A stretch of 64,000 nucleotides of DNA, taken from the NCBI GenBank assembly GCA_963749445.1, contig CAVVMJ010000010.1:254021-318020 (forward strand), in the 5' to 3' direction. This document shows positions 38,752 through 46,916 of the stretch, in pieces (positions within the stretch are counted from its first letter, which is position 1; each line of letters begins with the position of its first letter). Both the position numbers and the translations under genes were made by a program. Below the pieces are notes generated by a model. That model worked only from the letters and a program-made list of their open reading frames with translations, did no database searches and had not been told where the DNA came from. Source of the stretch: an uncultured bacterium. Its GTDB lineage: Bacteria; Patescibacteriota; Doudnabacteria; UBA920.

Positions 38752-38790
38752 CAAAACCCCGCTCCGGGCAAAGCCGAGGGGCGGAGTTTT
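38752..38790. terminator. rho-independent terminator after typA
   Basis: aaaaccccgctccgggcaaagccgaggggcggagttttt. Confidence 0.55.
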
Positions 38791-38795
38791 TAAAT

Positions 38796-39314
38796 TTACC
38801 ACTCCTTGTCGTCCGCGCTCGGGCCGTAAATTTTCGGCACCGCGATGTTGTTTAAGCGCATATAAACCGTAAGCTGGCCGCGGTGGTGGACCAAATGGTT
38901 AATAGTATCGCAGACAGTGTTCTTTTTGCTGTCTGTAGCCAAAACCTGATCTTTCATTTTTAAGGAAAAAGGCTTTTCCAAATCCGCGTCCGAAACTTTT
39001 TCCACGGCCCTCTTAGCTGCCGCGAGATTATTGTCAAAAAACTTGAGCATTTCTAAGGTCTTAGTTGGCCGCCCCATTTTAAACGTGGCAAAGTCAATAT
39101 CCCCTTTTTCAATAACGTGCGCGATCCACGCCGGAATACCGGCCACAGTTAAAACCAAATGGCCCATCTTCATGGACTTTTCGTGCGGCTTGTATTCATA
39201 CAAACTTTCCGGCACGCGCTCCAGACATTTCCTGCTGGCAGGCGCCTCGGCCTCCAGTTCCTTTAAATATAACCGTCCTAATGTATCGCTCATAATAGTC
39301 TCCTTTTCCGCCAA
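38796..39314 (-). CDS. DinB/YfiT-like (DinB_2) damage-inducible family protein
   Basis: 172 aa with the HLVHHRGQLTVYMRL motif. The true start may be the internal MSDTL. Confidence 0.6.
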   Translation of the reverse strand: MAEKETIMSDTLGRLYLKELEAEAPASRKCLERVPESLYEYKPHEKSMKMGHLVLTVAGIPAWIAHVIEKGDIDFATFKMGRPTKTLEMLKFFDNNLAAAKRAVEKVSDADLEKPFSLKMKDQVLATDSKKNTVCDTINHLVHHRGQLTVYMRLNNIAVPKIYGPSADDKEW

Positions 39315-39521
39315 AGACGGATCCGCCTTTGGCAGACTTTAATTTTTGATAATATTCTTCCAACGCTGTTCCAATAAATGGTTTGCCATATAAACGGCCC
39401 TAAAAATGTAAACGGATTCCGCGCGCCAACGTTACACATAAAGGAAGCTTTAACAAATTCAACAAAATCGCGTATCTGTAATATATGAAAGGTCGAAATT
39501 AATGTAGAAAGACATAAACTT

Positions 39522-39710
39522 ATGAAAACGCTATCATGCAAGGCCATGGGAGACCCCACCTGCAGCTTTGTCGCCAAAGGCGAAACCGACGAGGAGGTTA
39601 TGGATATGATGATGGAACACATTCAGGAAAAGCACCCGCGGGTTATGGATAACATGGATATGGCAGCCATGAAATCCAAAATGATGTCCAAAATCCAGGA
39701 AGTGATGTAA
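39522..39710 (+). CDS. DUF1059-family small protein
   Basis: 62 aa. MKTLSCKAMGDPTCSFVAKGETDEEVMDMMMEHIQEKH matches the DUF1059 pattern. Followed by a terminator at 39748..39786. Confidence 0.55.
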   Translation: MKTLSCKAMGDPTCSFVAKGETDEEVMDMMMEHIQEKHPRVMDNMDMAAMKSKMMSKIQEVM

Positions 39711-39880
39711 ATGCCCGCCTCCCCTGTCCGCGCCACCTAAAAAATCACCCCGAGCTTTTTCGAAGGGTGATTTTTTTGTTTGGCAAAACTCCGCACACAA
39801 TAAAGCTTCGGTTATATTTTACCTACCTATCCTTGATGGGTCGGGTGGGGGCGAACCCACAATAGGCATATATTTTTGAA

Positions 39881-40009
39881 TTATTTCTCAATAAAAAACA
39901 AACCCGTCGCAACGACTAAAAAAATAATGCCAGCCCTCAGCCAAACCTCGCTTTGCGCCGGGTTAGTTTTGTGTAAGCTCAAAGTGAAGAAATTATACCA
40001 AAATGTCAT
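39881..40009 (-). CDS. small hydrophobic peptide (42 aa) with an LSLHKTNPAQS motif, paralogous to 41251..41361
   Basis: ATG-to-TAA ORF below the track cutoff. Shares an about 50-nt conserved segment (ctttgcRccgggttRgttttgYgYaagctcaaRRtgaRg) with the second copy. Coding status uncertain. Confidence 0.35.
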   Translation of the reverse strand: MTFWYNFFTLSLHKTNPAQSEVWLRAGIIFLVVATGLFFIEK

Positions 40010-40117
40010 TTTAAAGTATATTTGGAGGTGTCTATGCCTTGGATTTCCATGTACTTGATTAAATTCGGTTTGGCAATATTGTTTAGAAATTCTATTGCTT
40101 TCAGCAAATCCGGCATT

Positions 40118-40366
40118 TTAGCTTTTTTTACCGGCTGACCAAAGACCTTTCTTTAGAAGCTGGTCATTTTTTAAAACGCCAATTTGTTTGTCCAGCTGTT
40201 TCTTTTCTTCCCCGGTTTTCTTATGCACGCCTCCGCCGTCCTTCATTTTGGCCAGCATGATAATTAAATTTTCGCGGTATTTTTTAAGCTCGTAATAATC
40301 GTCTACCCTCTCCTGTTCTTTTCTCTTTTCGTTCAAAGTTGGCCTGCCTGTTCTTTTGTTTGGCAT
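40118..40366 (-). CDS. hypothetical small basic protein (82 aa)
   Basis: ORF in an AT-rich islet. Lys/Glu-rich and helical. Confidence 0.4.
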   Translation of the reverse strand: MPNKRTGRPTLNEKRKEQERVDDYYELKKYRENLIIMLAKMKDGGGVHKKTGEEKKQLDKQIGVLKNDQLLKKGLWSAGKKS

Positions 40367-40379
40367 ATATTTTATAATG

Positions 40380-40562
40380 TTAATACTTATACGGCGTGCC
40401 TTTAAAGCCTAATTTTAGCATTTCTTCCGGCGAACGCAAAAAGGGATTTTCGCGATCCAAATTTTTAATAAATTCTTGGATCAAATGTTCCGTTTCCCCC
40501 GGCTCAAAATTAAATTCAGGTTCAAATACTTCTCTGGGTACAAACAGGCCCGGGCGATTCAT
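40380..40562 (-). CDS. hypothetical small acidic protein (60 aa)
   Basis: ORF in an AT-rich islet. Confidence 0.35.
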   Translation of the reverse strand: MNRPGLFVPREVFEPEFNFEPGETEHLIQEFIKNLDRENPFLRSPEEMLKLGFKGTPYKY

Positions 40563-40604
40563 CTCTAAAACTATTTCCTCCTCGTCGGGGTTATGCAGAG
40601 TTTA

Positions 40605-41228
40605 TCAACGAGTTGTCAATTTGAAAGTTTCAGTAATAGTTTTCCAGAATTTGATTGCGGAAAAACCATAATAATCATTTATTGCCGGGGATTCAATTTT
40701 AACAAAAGAGTTATCTAAATAAAATTCAACAAAATTTCTACCCCGGAGGTCTAATTCAGGGTCGTCTTTAAGAAGTTCAGGATCGCTATTAAGAAATCTA
40801 TATTTAATTCCTTGGGGGTTGGTAAACACGGCAGCTGATTCCCATTCCTGCTCTGGAGTGGAAGATTTTTTTACCTCAACATAGAAAGGAGCCGGTTTAA
40901 CTGGCTCTTTCATCTCTGGCGGTGCACCAGGAGGGATTTCCGCAAAACCAGACCATCCGATTTCTATTGAGCAAAAATTTTCATTGATTTTCTTTACTTT
41001 TATATCATCCCAATTTTTAAATACCGGAATCTTAAAAGTAACGCCGGAAATACCATCACAATAAAAATCTTGATTTTCAATTACCCCACTAGTATTCGGT
41101 GATGTAGAAACAGTATTATCCATAGTTTTGTGAAAAGGGTTAAATATTGCAACAGCCAAAATTAATATCAATAAAAGTAGTAGTAGTAATAGTATTAGTA
41201 TAGCAAATATTGAAAGTTTTTTTAACAT
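40605..41228 (-). CDS. hypothetical secreted or membrane-anchored protein with a poly-Leu N-terminal helix
   Basis: 207 aa. N-terminal LLLLLLLLLILILAVAIF anchor, then a hydrophilic domain. No recognisable family. Confidence 0.45.
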   Translation of the reverse strand: MLKKLSIFAILILLLLLLLLILILAVAIFNPFHKTMDNTVSTSPNTSGVIENQDFYCDGISGVTFKIPVFKNWDDIKVKKINENFCSIEIGWSGFAEIPPGAPPEMKEPVKPAPFYVEVKKSSTPEQEWESAAVFTNPQGIKYRFLNSDPELLKDDPELDLRGRNFVEFYLDNSFVKIESPAINDYYGFSAIKFWKTITETFKLTTR

Positions 41229-41250
41229 TATTGGGTGCCAGCTTGGCCAT

Positions 41251-41361
41251 CTAGTGGGGATGCTTGCCGGAACTTTGCACCGGGTTGGTTTTGCGCAAGC
41301 TCAAGATGAGGAAAATTATTCCGAGGGCGGCGAAGATTGTGGAGATGATGTTTGGGATCAT
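41251..41361 (-). CDS. small hydrophobic peptide (36 aa, MIPNIISTIFAALGIIFLILSLRKTNPVQSSGKHPH)
   Basis: ATG-to-TAG ORF. Paralogous segment to 39881..40009. Confidence 0.35.
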   Translation of the reverse strand: MIPNIISTIFAALGIIFLILSLRKTNPVQSSGKHPH

Positions 41362-41399
41362 ATTTAATATCTATACGGCGTGATTTTATTTAAACCATA

Positions 41400-41654
41400 C
41401 TATTTCACCAACCCCATATCTTTTGCCCAGGCTGCCAGTTGCCGGTCTCTCTTCATGTCTTTCTTAAGGATGGTTACAGCCTCGTCCAATGCTTTTTGCA
41501 ATTCAGTCCTGATTTCCTGTTCCTTATTTGGAATTTTTTCCAGTAAATCCTGGAATTCTAAAATAGGATCCTTAAAATTATCAAACTGATCGTTTTTGTA
41601 CATGCGCAGCACCGTTTCGGCACGTGTTATAAGTTCTTGATCATTGTTTGTCAT
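41400..41654 (-). CDS. hypothetical small helical protein (84 aa)
   Basis: ORF in an AT-rich islet. Charged and helical. No family recognised. Confidence 0.4.
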   Translation of the reverse strand: MTNNDQELITRAETVLRMYKNDQFDNFKDPILEFQDLLEKIPNKEQEIRTELQKALDEAVTILKKDMKRDRQLAAWAKDMGLVK

Positions 41655-42249
41655 ATATTTGTAGGGTTATTTATAAATTTAATTGAAAGAAGGAGTAATG
41701 GATATTATATATTTTAATAATGTTTTTTACAGTTCTCGACTTGGAACTTTTTAAAGTTGGGGTTGTTTTGTTTTTGCTTGTGTTGCATATTATCCATAGT
41801 CGCATAAAACTTATCAAACCTGTTCGCCTTTTGCAATCTTGTTTTTCCAGTAATCTATCGCTTTAATGCTGTGCTCAAAATATTGATCGAAATTGTAGTC
41901 CCTGAGCAAACTCAAGCACAATCCTCTAAGCATTTTGTCGGTTTCTATTAAACTTTTCATACGTTTATTTACTCATACTATACAATAAAAAGTAAATTTT
42001 AAAAGTTTTATTACATTTTAATATTATCCATATTTTTCCCCATTAGCTTATATAACTAATTTTACATTTTTCGAAATAATTGAAAGCTTTTTCTCTATTT
42101 TATTTAAGCATATACCCAAAGCCTGGTTATTGTAAATATCCCTTATTTTAGGCAATATTAAAAGGCCAGCCCTTCGGAAGGCTGAGGGCTGCGCCGGGCT
42201 GACACTTTAAAACATCCTTACAAACTTGAGAATGTAAGGATGATATTAT

Positions 42250-42459
42250 TCATCCGATAATATTCTGCACGCGGCCGACTTGGCCGCTTTGTAGGCGGAC
42301 TTTGATGCCGTGGGGGTGGAATTGGGAGTTGGTTAAAATGTCCGCCACCAAGCCGCGTGTGAGTTTGCCGGTTCTTTGATCTTCCTTAAGCACAATGTCC
42401 ACTTCCAGTCCGGGTGATATGTTTTCGCGATTTTGTCCGTCCATAATATATCCCTCCAC
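42250..42459 (-). CDS. YwbE-family (DUF2196) small protein
   Basis: GQNRENISPGLEVDIVLKEDQRTGKLTRGLVADILTNSQFHPHGIKVRLQSGQVGRVQNI matches the YwbE consensus along its full length. Confidence 0.8.
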   Translation of the reverse strand: MEGYIMDGQNRENISPGLEVDIVLKEDQRTGKLTRGLVADILTNSQFHPHGIKVRLQSGQVGRVQNIIG

Positions 42460-42461
42460 TC

Positions 42462-42548
42462 CTCCTCGCCCCTCGATTTCACTCGGGGCGACCCTGAGCG
42501 TAAGCCGAATGGGTCGGATGCACTCGTCGTCGGTCGGGATGGAATACC
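42462..42548. repeat. GC-rich palindromic repeat, family A (copy A3)
   Basis: About 85% identical to the right half of 13545..13715. Confidence 0.7.
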
Positions 42549-43778
42549 CTAAGCGGCGGTTTCTTTATCCCGCCGCAAAAGCCAGTAGCCCAAACCCGCG
42601 GCAATTAGAGCGGCAAAGCCGCCGACGGCTAGCCCCCAGCGCGGACCAACATACTGTCCTATAAACCCGATTATCGGCCCGCCAATGGGCGTGGAGCCAA
42701 GGAAAGCCATGGCCCAAAACGACATCACCCTGCCGCGCATTTGCGGGTCGCTTTCCAGCTGCAGCGTGGTATTGCCCAGGGCCAAAAAATTTATGGAATA
42801 AAACCCAACGGCCACCATGGCTATGAGCACCAAAGTAAACTTAGGCAAAACCGCAGCCAGCAGGACGGTAACGCCAAAAAACAGCGCGGCTTTTACCAGC
42901 GCGCCCGCGGTAGTGGTTTTGCGACTGGCCGTGTATAGCCCGCCGGCTATGGAACCAACCCCCATGGCCACGGTAAGCGCGGCGTAAGTGCCGGCATTGC
43001 CGTGAAATGTAAACTGCGCCACCAGCGGCAGAATTACGGAGAACTCGTAAGTGAGCGTGCCGATTATGGCCATCATAAGCAGCGTGTCGCGCAAAATTTT
43101 GTTGGACTTGATGTATCGCCAGCCTTCGCCCAACTGGCCTTTGGCGCGTTCGGCCGCAGGAGCGGAGCTTAATTCCTTTGAACGCATCATAAACAAAGCC
43201 CCCAGCACGGCAATAAAAGAAATCGCATTAATTAAAAAACACGGCGCCAAACCCAAAGAGGCAATCACGGCGCCGGCAATGGCCGGGCCAATCACGCGCG
43301 CCAAATTCACCATAGTGGAATTCAACGAAATGGCATTGGCCACGCTGTCTTTGCCCACCATCTCAAAAATAAAAGTCTGGCGGGTGGGATTGTCTATAAC
43401 ATTGACCAATCCCAAACCCAGCGCCAAAACGTAAACCATCCACAACTGCACGCTGCCGGTTACCATGAGCAGCCACAAAATCAAAGCCAGCAGTCCGGCC
43501 GAAGTTTGGGTAAAATATAAAACTTTGCGCTTACTGAAACGGTCGGCCACGATGCCGCCCAGCGGGGCTAAAAACAGCATGGGCAAAAATTGCACCGCGG
43601 CTATAAGTCCGAGCTGAGCGCCGGAATTGGTCAGCTTAAGCACCAGCCAGGCCTGGCCAATGGTTTGCATCCAGGTGCCGCATAAAGAAACGGCCTGGCC
43701 GATAAAGTACAGGCGGTAATTACGGAGTTTAAGTGAGGCAAAAGTCTGGTTGCTGAAGTTTAAAAAATTTTTTCGCAT
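42549..43778 (-). CDS. MFS transporter
   Basis: 409 aa, 12 TMS, with MFS motif A (GGIVADRFSKRKVL). Confidence 0.75.
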   Translation of the reverse strand: MRKNFLNFSNQTFASLKLRNYRLYFIGQAVSLCGTWMQTIGQAWLVLKLTNSGAQLGLIAAVQFLPMLFLAPLGGIVADRFSKRKVLYFTQTSAGLLALILWLLMVTGSVQLWMVYVLALGLGLVNVIDNPTRQTFIFEMVGKDSVANAISLNSTMVNLARVIGPAIAGAVIASLGLAPCFLINAISFIAVLGALFMMRSKELSSAPAAERAKGQLGEGWRYIKSNKILRDTLLMMAIIGTLTYEFSVILPLVAQFTFHGNAGTYAALTVAMGVGSIAGGLYTASRKTTTAGALVKAALFFGVTVLLAAVLPKFTLVLIAMVAVGFYSINFLALGNTTLQLESDPQMRGRVMSFWAMAFLGSTPIGGPIIGFIGQYVGPRWGLAVGGFAALIAAGLGYWLLRRDKETAA

Positions 43779-43799
43779 GATGGAAATTTGATAAAAAAG

Positions 43800-43875
43800 T
43801 TTCTGTCATCCCGGAATTTTTCACGCAGGCGATTATCATCAGTCGTGAAAAATATCCGGAATGACACTGAAATGC
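43800..43875. repeat. GTCATCCCGGAAT...ATTCCGGAATGAC hairpin element (family C)
   Basis: gtcatcccggaatttttcacg ... cgtgaaaaatatccggaatgac inverted repeat. Related copies at 54655..54720 and 38712..38740. A variant (gtcattgcgagcgg) at 17755..17785. Confidence 0.55.
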
Positions 43876-43876
43876 T

Positions 43877-44941
43877 TTAAATAAACAGCTGCGCCAAAAT
43901 CAAGTCCAACAAAACCCGCGGCGGGGTGGAGGTGGTTTTAAGCTCCTTGTCCAGCGCCGCCAATTTATTGAGCGTCTGCTTGACTATATCCGGCTTAAAC
44001 CGGCCAGCGATTTTTTTGAGCACATAAAGCCGGCCGCTTTTCCAAGCCGTAAGGCTTAAAATTTTGTCATCCGAGATTTTGCGGGCCAGCAAATCCGAAA
44101 GCGCGTAAATATTGCGGAACTGTTCGCTGAGCAGAGCGTTTAGCTGGATAATTTGCGCCTTAGTGTCGCCCTCGCTTAAAAACTTACCGATAAGCTCCAA
44201 AGCCGCCTGTTTGTTATGGTCGCCTATGGCATTGATAATTTTAAACACATCCACTTCCCCGTTTTCGGAAACCAGATTGTTAACGTCCGCTTCTTTGATT
44301 TCCTGACCGTTTGCGTATGCGATTAATTTGCGGATTTCGGAATCCGCCTGCCACAGACTGTAAATTTCTTCGCCCGCGATAAGTTTGCCGCCCCCTCGAC
44401 TTTGCTCGGGGCGGCCCTGAGCCTTGCCGAATGGGCCGCCCGCCCGGATTTCTTTGGCGTCATCCCGCCCCAATTTTTTGGCCAAAAACGCTGCCGCGCC
44501 CTTGCTTATTGTGCTGTTTAACTCTTTGGCGCGGCTGGTAATCCATTTATCCAAATCCGCGCCGTGCGGCAAATCAAATTGTTTAACTTCCGCGCCCTTG
44601 TGCGCCAGCCACTGCTTATTATTGGACAGGCGCTTGTCTACTTTATCCTCCTCAAACACAATAACATTTTTGCCGACCACTAGCTTATCGGCAATTTCCT
44701 GATTATAATCATATCCGGCCAAAAGATTTTGTAGAACCACGACTTTGGTTTTGGAAAACAAATCCTGGCCAAAAAGCCCTGACAGTTGCGGCCGCTCCTC
44801 TGCCGAAACAAAAAATTCCGCCTCGGCTTTATGCTTTTTGGCCAAAGAGGAAATCTGGCTGTCTTTAGAAAAATTGTCCGGTCCGAGAAAGAAAAACAAC
44901 ATAAATTTTGGTGGGTTGGGTGGGGATCGGACCCACGACAC
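43877..44941 (-). CDS. holA: DNA polymerase III subunit delta (HolA), carrying an in-frame family-A repeat insertion
   Basis: The N-domain (LFFFLGPDNF...KVVVLQN) and C-domain (VFKIINAIGDHNKQAALELIGKFLSEGDTKAQIIQLNALLSEQFRNI) match HolA. A segment of about 25 aa (DAKEIRAGGPFGKAQGRPEQSRGGG) is encoded by the repeat at 44385..44448. The likely start is the internal MLFFFLG. Confidence 0.65.
   Translation of the reverse strand: MSWVRSPPNPPKFMLFFFLGPDNFSKDSQISSLAKKHKAEAEFFVSAEERPQLSGLFGQDLFSKTKVVVLQNLLAGYDYNQEIADKLVVGKNVIVFEEDKVDKRLSNNKQWLAHKGAEVKQFDLPHGADLDKWITSRAKELNSTISKGAAAFLAKKLGRDDAKEIRAGGPFGKAQGRPEQSRGGGKLIAGEEIYSLWQADSEIRKLIAYANGQEIKEADVNNLVSENGEVDVFKIINAIGDHNKQAALELIGKFLSEGDTKAQIIQLNALLSEQFRNIYALSDLLARKISDDKILSLTAWKSGRLYVLKKIAGRFKPDIVKQTLNKLAALDKELKTTSTPPRVLLDLILAQLFI
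44385..44448. repeat. GC-rich palindromic repeat, family A (partial copy A4), in-frame within holA
   Basis: ctcgactttgctcggggcggccctgagccttgccgaatgggcc is about 80% identical to the core of A2/A3. Confidence 0.6.
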
Positions 44942-45005
44942 GCGGCTTAAGAGGCCGCTGCTCTACCAACTGAGCTACCAACCCATGTGCAAACAATTGA
45001 CAATT
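44929..45005 (-). tRNA. tRNA-Lys (anticodon CTT), with encoded CCA
   Basis: Manual fold of the reverse complement: acceptor GGGTTGG/CCAACCC, anticodon stem GCGGC/GCCGC, loop CTCTTAA, T-arm GTGGG-TCCGATC-CCCAC. Confidence 0.85.
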
Positions 45006-45092
45006 GACAATTAACTGTCCAAAAAATTAATCGTTAATGACTAATGGTTTTCCGTATCCTTGATATTTTAGCTTATATCACGGAAAATTTCA

Positions 45093-45169
45093 ATGGTGCA
45101 CCCGGTAGGATTTGAACCTACTGCCTCGTGGTCCGAAGCCACGCGCTCTATCCAAATGAGCTACGGGTG
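45093..45169 (-). tRNA. tRNA-Arg (anticodon TCG), with encoded CCA
   Basis: Manual fold: acceptor GCACCCG/CGGGTGC, anticodon stem CGTGG/CCACG, loop CTTCGGA, T-arm GTAGG-TTCAAAT-CCTAC. TTGACA repeats lie between the two tRNAs. Confidence 0.8.
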
Positions 45170-45261
45170 CAGTCCTTATATTATATAAAAAAATCCCATT
45201 TAAAGCCAGATGGGATTTACAGCCAAAAAGCCGGATACCGCGGCGCTAAAATCCGTGCCGC

Positions 45262-45588
45262 CTATTGGGGTGTGGCGCCCGCCGGAGCCGGCGCGGCCGC
45301 GGGGTTAAAAGGATCTCTGGTCAGGCCGCCGCTGGGCTGGAAATTTTGCCCGCTTTGGATGCGCTGGACGTCATAATCATAATCCGAAAAATTTATCCTC
45401 GCCCCGGGTCCGGCGGCGGAAACCGGGGCAATCTGGTTTTCCAGCTTAATGACCATGTCAATGGCGTCCTTGGCGACCAAACCGTCCATAACCAATACCA
45501 CCAGCAAAATCGCCAAAAACAAATAACGGACGTCAAATTTGAAGTGGCGGAGGTCTTTTAAATTAAGATTGGCGGAGAGGTTCTTCAT
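45262..45588 (-). CDS. PilP-like type IV pilus assembly protein
   Basis: 108 aa. N-terminal TM and an RDPF motif near the C-terminus. Last gene of the pilMNO(P) operon. Confidence 0.45.
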   Translation of the reverse strand: MKNLSANLNLKDLRHFKFDVRYLFLAILLVVLVMDGLVAKDAIDMVIKLENQIAPVSAAGPGARINFSDYDYDVQRIQSGQNFQPSGGLTRDPFNPAAAPAPAGATPQ

Positions 45589-45702
45589 AAATTTAAGCTA
45601 GCGCGCCATTAATTTAAGATTGATGGCCGCAAACATTGTAAAGACATTCTGCCGATGGAATTTTTGGTGGTATCGAATAAACATAATTAAATTAAAAGCG
45701 CG

Positions 45703-46245
45703 CTAATGGCTGCGGATATAGAGGGTGGCGCTAATGGCGGCATTGACCGTGCCGCCGGCGCCGGTTAGATTTAAAGAGTTCAGGCTGACGGCAAAATCCA
45801 GATTTTCCAAATTCTCAACGGTGTCCACCACCTTGCTGAAAGAGCCGTTAATTGAAATGCTCACCGGGATCAAATAAAGCGGGCTTTTGGTCGGGGCTTT
45901 GGGTACGCTCCCGATGGTGCCGCTAATTCCTCCCAAAGTTAAGCTCACGCCCCGGACATTGCCCAAATTCTCAAAAACCTCAATTTCTTTAACCAAGGTA
46001 ATGTCTTGGCTAAAAAAATCTATCGGCTGAAGGGATTTGGCTTTCATGTCGTTCAAATCCTGCAGGGCCAACTGATAATTTTTGTCTTCCGCCTGTAAAG
46101 CCAACAACTGGTTCTTTTGTTTGGAAATTTGCGCCAAAGCGGCGCGGTTAGACTGGTCCAGAATTTTAAAACCGTACAAAAACATCGCCCCGCAAAGGCC
46201 CAGCCACAACACGGCAGCAAGATAAATTTTAGTCCTAATACTCAT
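45703..46245 (-). CDS. pilO: type IV pilus assembly protein PilO
   Basis: 180 aa. N-terminal TM plus coiled coil, then a periplasmic domain. Operon position after pilN. Confidence 0.6.
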   Translation of the reverse strand: MSIRTKIYLAAVLWLGLCGAMFLYGFKILDQSNRAALAQISKQKNQLLALQAEDKNYQLALQDLNDMKAKSLQPIDFFSQDITLVKEIEVFENLGNVRGVSLTLGGISGTIGSVPKAPTKSPLYLIPVSISINGSFSKVVDTVENLENLDFAVSLNSLNLTGAGGTVNAAISATLYIRSH

Positions 46246-46282
46246 AAGTCAATCGGGCAAAATTTCTTGAAATCTTATTTAA

Positions 46283-46837
46283 TCACTTCAGCAGGCTGTC
46301 AACCACTTGAAAAGTGAAGTGGAAAGAATCATTTTTCGGCGCGGCCACGTTCTCCAAAGGGTAATCTATACCATAAAACTCCTTGCTGTCGGCCAAGATA
46401 TTATTATAGAGCTGGATGACGACGTCCCGGGTTGAGGCGGTACCGGTTATGATGATTTTTTTGCTTTGAAAGTCCGGGGCAAAAGAGCTTATGACCACGC
46501 CCGGGGGCGGCAAAACCGCAAACGCCTTTAAGACCTTGGACCATTTGGGAATACCCGAAGACAGGTCCTTATAGTCAGTAATGTAATTATTGATATCCGC
46601 AATATCTTTTTTCGTGCTGGCATTTTCCTGCCTTTTGACCTGGCTTTGCAGCTGGGCGATGCTGGCCCCGATGGAAGTCGCCTGGTTTTGCAGATACAGT
46701 TTGACGCCAAACTGCGCGCCAACCACCAAACCAAAACCCAGCACGCTGTAGCCCATCAGCGCGAGCAGCGCCCGAAACACGGCTTCCTGCTCGAGGAGCT
46801 TTTGACGGGCCGGCGGCAACAAATTGATAATTTTCAT
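46283..46837 (-). CDS. pilN: type IV pilus assembly protein PilN
   Basis: 184 aa. N-terminal LLPP/arginine segment (MKIINLLPPARQKLLEQE) and TM, typical of PilN. Confidence 0.65.
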   Translation of the reverse strand: MKIINLLPPARQKLLEQEAVFRALLALMGYSVLGFGLVVGAQFGVKLYLQNQATSIGASIAQLQSQVKRQENASTKKDIADINNYITDYKDLSSGIPKWSKVLKAFAVLPPPGVVISSFAPDFQSKKIIITGTASTRDVVIQLYNNILADSKEFYGIDYPLENVAAPKNDSFHFTFQVVDSLLK

Positions 46838-46857
46838 AAATCGTTAGGCATTTAAAA

Positions 46858-46916
46858 AATTCTCTAATTCTCTAATTCTCTAATTCTCTAATTCTCTAAT
46901 TCTCTAATTCTCTAAT
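46858..46916. repeat. tandem octanucleotide repeat (TCTCTAAT) x about 6.5 in the pilM-pilN spacer
   Basis: Read directly: ttctctaattctctaattctctaattctctaattctctaattctctaattc. Confidence 0.9.

Noticed and set aside
39876-40058. 60-aa plus-strand ORF from the track at 39876..40058
   Set aside because: It lies antisense to the better-supported minus-strand small ORF/conserved 50-mer and has no start context. It is treated as spurious.
46858-46916. Possible CRISPR array (short direct repeats)
   Set aside because: The 8-bp units are contiguous with no spacers, so this is a microsatellite. No other repeat-spacer architecture and no cas genes were seen in the window.
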